Program-made: the position numbers and the translations under genes
Notes under the pieces: generated by a model
What the model was told of the DNA's origin: nothing
What the model saw: the letters and a program-made list of their open reading frames with translations, nothing else
The model's database searches: none
Source: Octopus vulgaris
Lineage: Eukaryota
Direction of reading: 5' to 3'
Assembly (NCBI GenBank): GCA_951406725.2
Contig: OX597831.1
Span: forward strand, 40,672,001-40,736,000
Length of the DNA: 64,000 nt
Shown: positions 55,136 through 64,000 of the stretch, in pieces
How positions within the stretch are numbered: position 1 is the stretch's first letter
How the letters are laid out: every line of letters begins with the position of its first letter

Positions 55136-55792
55136 CACGTTCTATAACAGTCTGTTTCTCTACTTTTGTAGTGTCTTCTCTGTTCCTATCACATATTGTG
55201 AAATTTTAAAATTTCGTCAAAATTTTCAAATTTGGTATATTTGAAATAACTTTTGACGTTAAATTCGATTTTTGTTATTTATTTGTTCCAGAAAATTTTC
55301 AGAAAAATGTTACCGAGGTTTAAAGTTTAATCACATTTACCTTATGAGATAACAGGTTTTGGAAGCTGGCATTTTCTGCATGATAGCTGTCTATCACAAA
55401 ATGAAAGCAAAATGATTACGAGGAGGAATTTTTATTAAACAGACGAAAGCAAAGCATTACGACGACCAAAGCTGTGAGAACTTCTGATATTTTGATAAGT
55501 TTTAATGAGTAACGTCATGTGAAACGTCGAACAGACATGTAAATAATTTTAAAAACGAGGTTTCTTTGTGAAAACTTGCACAAAGCTGGCCTGATAAAGA
55601 CGCTTATCTGTCGAGGAAGGCATGGTCTGACATGGAATAAACAAAATCTAGATAAGACATTCTATTGTAAAAATTGCCCGGCAATGACATGCTATTCAGT
55701 TAGTAATATATAAATTCATGTGTATATATGCATAAAGGTCGATCGATAGATAGATAAATGAATAGTTGGTTAGATAGACAGGCACACAGACG

Positions 55793-55892
<100 letters not shown>

Positions 55893-56254
55893 GCAGGAGA
55901 AAGATTCTAATGTAGGCTCTTTACGTTAATCTGTTATGGGTCGAGGGTTATAAATCACAATTATTTGGCAAAAATACATTGAACCAGCGTTGTGAAGCCA
56001 AGTCTCTTCGAGCAAAACACTGCTCTACAATCTTCGAAACAGAAACGAGATATATGTGGTTATATACAGGCATTGATGTAAGTACATAGATAGCCATATA
56101 TATTGAGGTAGAGATGAGTGGGAGAACAGTAAGGTGAGAGGAAATTTTTTCGGAAGATAGGTAAATTTGTATGCGTATGTGTGTGCCTGTATCCACATAC
56201 ACAATATATATATATATATATGTGTGTGTGTGTATGTGAGTGTGTGTGTGTTTG

Positions 56255-56351
<97 letters not shown>

Positions 56352-56414
56352 TAGATAGATAGATAGATAGACAGACAGACACAGACAGACACGGACAGAC
56401 GGACAGACAGACAT

Positions 56415-56465
<51 letters not shown>

Positions 56466-56466
56466 T

Positions 56467-56539
<73 letters not shown>

Positions 56540-57151
56540 CAGACAGACAAACAGACAGAGCATTCTCAGCTCTTGCATAATATATATGTAAGATCTGAAT
56601 CGATATCATTACAATATTTTCTTACCAGACAACAGATAAATCCAACTACGGTATGTATTTATTCACCAAATTGACTCCAACTGAATGTAACCATGCAAAC
56701 GGACGCCATCATTAAATTCAACTTCGTAGCATCATTCTAATCTGATGTTGTGTTTCACACGATGTCTCAATGATACATCCAATCTTATAACCAATAAGCT
56801 GATAAGAGAATAAATATTTATCTATGCCGTACCACCTGAACCTGTCATTACGAGGTGCCGAGGCGAGGAGATTAATGTTTCGTATCCAGGATTTTGTCAA
56901 TACGGTCGCCATTACTGTTAAACACACACACACACACACACACACACTTCGTTCTATTTGCCGCTCTTTGTGTTTAAATGTCAGTAAGATAATCATTGTT
57001 GGTTAACTTTGTAAATAGGAAAGGTGCTGTTCTTGTATAGACTCGGCTTAGATCTAAAGAAACATACTTATTAGCAAAGGCGCCCATGCCTTTCAGACAA
57101 CACTTACAAGAACTTACAATATCCACTAGTTGTAGCAGTAGTGCAAACAGC

Positions 57152-57202
<51 letters not shown>

Positions 57203-57253
57203 TGTTGTTGTTGTTGTTGAAGTTGTAGCAGCAGTAGTATTAGTAACACTAGT

Positions 57254-57612
57254 AAGGCGGCGAGCTGGCAGAAACGTTAGCACGCCGGGCGAAATGCGCA
57301 GAGATCGACTTTGCCTTTCATCCTTTCCTGGTCGGTTAAATAAGTACCAGTTACGAACTGGGGTCGATATAATCGACTTAATCCGTTTGTCTGTCCTTGT
57401 TTGTCCTCTCTCTGTTTAGCCCATTGTGGGTAGTAAAGAAATGGGTATTTCGTCTGTCTTTACGTTCTGAGTTCAAATTCCGCCGAGGTCGACTTTGCCT
57501 TTCATCTTTTCGGGGTCGATAAATTTAGTACCAGTTGCGTACTGGGGTCGATATAATCGACTGGTCCCCTCCCCAAAAATTTCGGGCCTTGTGCCTAGAG
57601 TAGAAAAGAATT
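57254..57612 (+). mobile_element. SINE family D dimer in a (TAG)n tract
   Basis: Head AAGGCGGCGAGCTGGCAGAAACGTTAGC. Confidence 0.85.
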
Positions 57613-57774
57613 AGTAATAGTAGTGATAGCAGTAGAAGTAGTAATTGTAGTAGTATTAGCAGCAGCAGCAGTAATTATTGTAGTAGTAGTAGCAGTAGTA
57701 GTAGTAGTAGTAGTAGCAGCAGCTGTGGTAGTAGTAGTAGTACTAGTTTAATATCAGTAGTAGTAGTAGTAGTT

Positions 57775-57820
<46 letters not shown>

Positions 57821-58321
57821 CAGCAGCAGCAGTTGTAGTAGTAGTAGCAGTTGTAGATTTTATCATGAACGTACGAATAATTAAGTATTGCATTAAATGA
57901 CATTGAAATTAAATTTTATTTTCATCAAACCTGACTCATTTACTTCAAATCTTTAAAATAACATTTCCAAATTTTTATCCAACAGAATTCTCAAATATTT
58001 CAAATTATTTTACGCATTTCTATTTTTTTTTTTAATACGGTTTTCTTCTCCATTAGCTTCTCTTTCTATCACCCACCCACACACCCACTCTTCTAAATTG
58101 TTTAGACTCTCTTCTTTTTTTTTTTTCATTTTTGCATAAAACTACTACTTTGTACTGCTTTCATTCGTAGAATAAATACTACTACTTTGCTTCGATGTTA
58201 AACGGAGGATAAAAAAAAACATTTAAATTAGCGATTCTAGGTTATCGTCTGCAAATCAAGGAGAGAATCAAATCACTTTTTAAAAACAATAAAGAAATAA
58301 ACCAATTTGGAGATACGCAAA

Positions 58322-58356
<35 letters not shown>

Positions 58357-58491
58357 AAAGATAAAATTAATATATATAGAGAAGGAAGAATCTAATAGAT
58401 CTAGAAACAGAGATCGCAACTGCATACTTGAGAGTAACTTAAGCTTATTGTGTAGCAAATAACACGCAGAAGCCATTACTGATGTTGTTAT

Positions 58492-59190
58492 TAAGGCGGC
58501 GAGCTGCCAGGAGAGTTAGAAGGTCGGGCAAAATGATTAGCGCCATTTTGTCCGTCCGTCGTTCTGAGTTCAAATTCTGCTGAGGCCGACTTTTCCTTTC
58601 ATCCCCTCGGGGTCGATAAAATAAGTACCTGCTGAACACTGGGGTTGATAAATTAAGCACAAGTTGAGAATTGGTGACTATTTAAGTTACTAGCCCCTTC
58701 GCCAAAAGAAATTTCAGACCCCTGTGCTAGCAGTAGAAAAAAATTGTTATTGTTTTTATTACATAGGCTGGTGAACGAGTGAAATCTTTAGTGTGTCGGA
58801 CAAAATGCTTAGCGGCATTTCTTCAGGTTCCTTAAGTTCTGACTTCGCTTCCCATCTCCTCAGAATCGATAAAATAAGTACTAGCGAAGTACTCAAATCA
58901 ATATAATCAGCTATACCCTACCTCCAAGCTTTCAGGCCTTGCACTTGAAGTTATAAAGGGTCATTACATAAGGCAAGCGAGATGGCAGAAACGTTAGCGC
59001 CAGGTAAAATGCTGAGCGGCATTTCTTCCGACTCTTTACATTCCGGGTTCAAATTCCTCGGAGGTTGATTTTGTTGATTCATCATTTTAAGGTTGATAAA
59101 ATAAGAACCAGTCGAGCACCAGTGTCGATGTATTCGTCTGACCGCCTCTCCCTTCAAAATTTCTGGTCCCGTATCATAAATCAAAAGGAA
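58492..59190 (+). mobile_element. Three diverged SINE family D copies in tandem
   Basis: Heads near 58492, 58765 and 58970. Confidence 0.7.
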
Positions 59191-59241
59191 ATATTCCGAT
59201 AATTATTATAAGTTATATAAATATTATTTTTATTTATTTAT

Positions 59242-59521
59242 TCGCCCTTTTCAAGCCCAGCCAGGCTCATGGGCCCGATTTTCCGGTTTCTGTGGGATGG
59301 GATGCCAGTCCATCGCAGCGTTACTCAAGAAACAGGAATAAAGGGTGAGAGAAAGTTGGGGTGAAAGAGTACAACAGGGGTCGCCACCACCCCTGCCGGA
59401 GCCTCGTGGAGCTTTAGGTGTTTTCGCTCAATAAACACACACAACGCCCGGTCTGGGAATTGAAACTGCGATCCTCCGACCGCGAGACCGCTGCCCTAAC
59501 TACTGGGCCATTGCGCCTCCA
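59242..59521 (-). mobile_element. SINE family C (tail variant 4)
   Basis: Same head; tail GGGCCCATGAGCCTGGCTGGGCTTGAAAAGGGCG. Confidence 0.85.
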
Positions 59522-59667
59522 TAATAAATATTATTATAACTGTTATTATAATTATCGATCAGGAATAATGTTTGTAGCACTTGAAAGGTGATTGATTAGT
59601 AGAATCGTTAAGGCGTCAGGAATAGTGCATATCGATAGCGTGGGCGCTCATTTGGCCAATAGGCATT

Positions 59668-60230
59668 TATGGGTGCAAAGCATGGACTCAGAATAAATTT
59701 GAAGAGAACATAATCAATGCGTTTGAAATGTGGGTTGTAGGAGAATGCCATGAGTCCCTTACAAGGACCATCGGACAAATGAATGGGTGTTAGACGTAGG
59801 TGAAAGACGACAACTCCTGAATATTATGAAAAAACAGAAGCTCCTCTATTATGGCCATATTTGAAGAAGCAGTTTTTTGGAAAGCGTTATCATGGAAGGA
59901 AGAGTAGAGAGTGGTAGATCAAGAGACTGGCAAAGAACGTAATGGATGGACAATATCAAGAGCTTATTGGACGTTAGTGACAAGGCAGCTGAAGAACTGG
60001 AGCTTAATTGGGAAGATTTTCATTGTAGTGTTATCAATGAGCTGCAGTGGGACAATACATGACGACGACGACACGACGACGACGACGGGGTTTAACTGTG
60101 CATAGAAGATATCAAGAGCTGGTTGGACATTAGTAGCAAGACATCTGGAAACCTAGCGCTTCGTCAAGAAGACTTCCGTTGTAATGTCACCAATGCGCTC
60201 CATACGTACAAAATATGATGGCAACGGCAT
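59668..60230 (+). pseudogene. RTE-clade LINE 3' fragment with duplicated terminus
   Basis: YGCKAWT..INAFEMW..RTNEWVL..KLLYYGHI..IMEGRVE..WMDNIK, the typical RTE C-terminus. Confidence 0.85.
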
Positions 60231-60439
60231 TTGTTCAGGTTCTCTGCTTCCTCAGTTCGAATCCCACCGAGATCAGCTATGCCCTTCATCCCTTCGGGGT
60301 CTATAAAATAGTGGTATGTTTGCGCTTAGTGGTATGAATTAAGTGCATATGTTACATGAAGTCGGGAAAAAAAAGTCGGTATGGAGCTACAGAAAAGTCC
60401 AAAACACGGGGCCATTCCAGAAATGTAATGTAATCATTT

Positions 60440-60665
60440 ATTCATTTACTTGTTTCAGTCATTTAACTGTGGCCATGCTGGAGCACCACTTTTAGTCGAA
60501 CAAATCAACCCCAGGACTTATTCTTTGTAAGCCTAGTACTTATTGTTTCGGTCTCTTTTGCCCAACCGTTAAGTTACAGGGAACATAAACACACCAACAT
60601 CGGTTGTCAAGTGATGACGGGAGATAAACACGACACACACACACACAAATACACACACACACACG

Positions 60666-60748
<83 letters not shown>

Positions 60749-61057
60749 AACAAAACGCAATAGAGGTTATTAAAAGGTTCGGACAGATAGACGATACAAA
60801 GGCGGACAAGAGAAACAACAATTAGAAGGACAGGCAAAAGAATGACGGGTCATTCTTAGCTTTCTTTCATCAGTGAAGTACCAGAGGTCACGACCATTTC
60901 GAACAGTTACACTTGAGACGGTTCGATCTGGTTGTCCCCCAAAAAGTCTAAGCTAAAAGCATGAGACCCCTTTCTAAGAAAGCTAGCGAATGTATACGGC
61001 AACAATGATGAAATAAAGAAACAAACAAAAAACGGGGAACATGGTACACAATTACGA

Positions 61058-61114
<57 letters not shown>

Positions 61115-61333
61115 GATATGTGTGTGTGTGTGTATGTTGTGTGTGGATGTGTATATATATATATATATATACGACAGGCTTCTTTTAGTTTCCGTCTACT
61201 AAATCCACTCACAAGGTTTTGATCGGCCCGAGGCTATATTAGAAGACACTTGCCCAAGGTGCCACCTATTGGGACTGAACCTGGGAACATGTGGTTGGGA
61301 AGCAAGCTTCTCACCACACAGCCACACTGCGCC
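60440..61333 (-). mobile_element. SINE family A split by an insertion (60747-61058)
   Basis: Both halves match the consensus. Confidence 0.8.
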
Positions 61334-61593
61334 CATCCAGGACTACATTTTCCATTGTGCCCTTTTTTTATTTTCAGGTGGCAATGTATGATTCGAGATA
61401 GACGTAACTGCTATTTCTAGTTCGTCGAACAACCACATCAAGATTCACGCGTAACCATATGTCCTAAATTTGTACCTGACAGGACATTGTAGATTGATCG
61501 TTGTAATTAGTGACAGCCTTCTAGAACTGGCAAAGGATCTTTTGGTTTAATTCAGTGGCGACTCATCTACAGGCACGCTATTTCCACTCGATA

Positions 61594-61976
61594 TCTCTCT
61601 ATATATAAACGGCAGTTTGTCTGTCTGTGTGTCTGTGTGTCTGTTAGGTTGTACCCTCACCCTGACCATGGCTTTCAACCGATTCTGATGAAACTTGACA
61701 CGCACATAGCCCAATGTCATAATTAAAAACTAACGCAGCGAAAATTTTGAAAAGTTCCACCAGTTCTGAAAAAAATCGATAAATTCGACATGGGGTCGAG
61801 AATCAGAAACACAAACCACAGACTGTCTAGGGGACGCAACTCGACCTTTTTAACTCTCAAAAAAAATTTACCATAATTATTTTTCCATTCTTTTCTATTT
61901 TTTGGCTATAACTTTCTAAAAATGCTTTATAGTTATTTCCCTTACAAACCCGAGCAACGCCGGGCGATACTGCTAG
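61594..61976 (+). mobile_element. Non-autonomous Helitron
   Basis: A|TC start, hairpin CCCGAGCAACGCCGGG, CTAG|T end identical to the 48.4 kb copy. Confidence 0.85.
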
Positions 61977-62361
61977 TTATAGATAATATTCAATATAACG
62001 AGACCTTTTTTCTTTAATTGTTTCTTTATACTTGTACATTATGTAATGAGGTGCAATGGCCCAGTGGTTAAGGCAGCGGTCGTAGGATCGCGATTTCGAT
62101 TCCCAGACAGGGCGTTGTGAGTGTTTATTGAGCAAAAAGGATGGAAGGCAAAGTTGACCTCTGCAAGCTCCCCTCCTTAAAGAAGGTGAATATTCAATTT
62201 TTGGCATCAATACAGGGATACAAATATTTGAAGAGAGAAATTGGTTAAATTGATAAAAATCAACATTCGAAATAATTAACTGGTGCCAATCTTACCGAGC
62301 AAACATAAAAGAAAATACGAAAAACAATTAATTAATTCAGCTGAATTTCGACTTGCATCAT

Positions 62362-62765
62362 AACTCTTTTACTCTTACTTGTTTCAGTCATTTGACTGCG
62401 GCCATGCTGGGGCACCGCCTTTAATCGAGCAACTCGACCCCGGGACTTATTCTTTGTAAGCCCAGTACTTATTCTATCGGTCTCTTTTTGCCGAACCGCT
62501 AAGTGACGGGGACATAAACACACCAGCATCGGTTGTCAAGCAATGCTAGGGGGACAAACACAGACACACAAACACACACACATACATATATACATATATA
62601 CGACGGGCTTCTTTCAGTTTCCGCCTACCAAATCCACTCACAAGGCTTTGGTCGGCCCGAGGTTATAGTAGAAGACACTTGCCCAAGGTGCCACTCAGTG
62701 GAACTGAACCCGGAACCATGTGGTTGGTAAACAAGCTACTTACCACACAGCCACTCCTACGCCTA
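62362..62765 (-). mobile_element. SINE family A, full length
   Basis: Close to the consensus. Confidence 0.9.
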
Positions 62766-63356
62766 TAACTAAATTATTTATTTGTTTCTTTATAGCCCAC
62801 AGGGTGGAGGGGGGTAACATACAGGGGACAAACAAGGACAGACAAAGAGATTACGCCGATAACACTGACGCCCAGTGCGTAACTCGTACTCGTTTAATCG
62901 AGCCCGAAAGGATGAAAGGCAAAGTCGACTTCGGTGGAATTTGAACTCAGAAAGTAACGGCAGACGAAATACCTATTTCTTTACTACCCACAAGGGGCTA
63001 ACGTTTCTGCCAGCTCACCGCTAAGCATTTCGTCACCCATGCATAACGGTCTCCCTTCTCCACGCCACCAGTGTTATCCAAGGGAAAGGCAAAGGGGAAG
63101 ATACAGCTTGGCACCTGTGACGTCGCAACTCATTTCTACTGCTGGGTGAACTGGAGCAACGTGAAATAAAGTGTCTTGCTCAAGAACACAACACGCAGTC
63201 CTGTCCGGGAATGGAACTCACTATCTCATGTTTGTGAGCCCAGTGCTATGTGTGTGAGTGTGTACGTATGTACATGTGAGTTCGTATATGCAAATATGCA
63301 ATGTATATGTATATATGTATTATACACATATACATGTATATATATATATATATATT

Positions 63357-63408
<52 letters not shown>

Positions 63409-63412
63409 CATA

Positions 63413-63482
<70 letters not shown>

Positions 63483-63692
63483 AATATATATATACATATA
63501 TATATATATATTTACACATACACATAGCCCACGCACACATGTCACATATGCAAACACACACATACAGACAACACATATACACACAGCTTTCGACTTCTGC
63601 CCAAAAGATTTTTAACCTAATATTTACATGCTATTATTTATAGCTTTATCAGCTTCGAGCTTCACCGTTCTAAAAGAGAATATATGTGCATC

Positions 63693-64000
63693 GGCGCAGG
63701 AGTGGCTGTGTGGTAAGTAGCTTGCTTACGAACCACATGGTTCCGGGTTCAGTCCCACTAAGTGGCACCTTGGGCAAGTGTCTTCTTCTATAGCCTCAGG
63801 CCGACCAAAGCCTTGTGAGTGGATTTGGTAGGCGGAAGCTGAACGAAGCCCGTCGAATATATGTATATGTATATATATGTGTGTGTGTGTGTATGTTTAT
63901 GTGTCTGTGTTTGTCCCCCTAATGTTACTTGACAACCGATGCTTGTGTGTGTACATCCCCGTAACTTAACGGTTCGGCAAAAAGAGACCGAGAGAATAAG
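63693..64000 (+). mobile_element. SINE family A, cut by the window end
   Basis: Head GGCGCAGGAGTGGCTGTGTGGTAAG. Confidence 0.9.

Noticed and set aside
57095-57130. Two GTAAGT donor-like sites on minus
   Set aside because: No convincing acceptor or coding island upstream, only a (CTA)n repeat.

Overview
AT-rich eukaryotic DNA packed with microsatellites and interspersed repeats. The SINE families and repeat density point to an octopod cephalopod (Octopus-like) genome; this is inference from pattern recall, not a database hit. I see no intact protein-coding gene, and nearly all listed ORFs are microsatellite or repeat read-throughs. The window holds four abundant tRNA-derived SINE families (labelled A-D here) and fragments of mariner, Helitron, Tx1/L1-like, R4/Dong-like, RTE and Penelope-like (PLE) elements. 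The main signal is about 16 minimal type I hammerhead-ribozyme (HHR)-like motifs, most next to (TA)n tracts and two directly downstream of PLE endonuclease remnants. Their cores include C3-G8, U3-A8 and G3-C8 versions of the same tertiary pair. One sits in a tRNA-headed SINE-like element present as an inverted pair at 47 kb. Two related non-coding elements of about 600 bp with direct terminal repeats (22.5 and 39.3 kb) share a covarying stem and match no family I can name. All folds and alignments were done by eye, and repeat boundaries are approximate.
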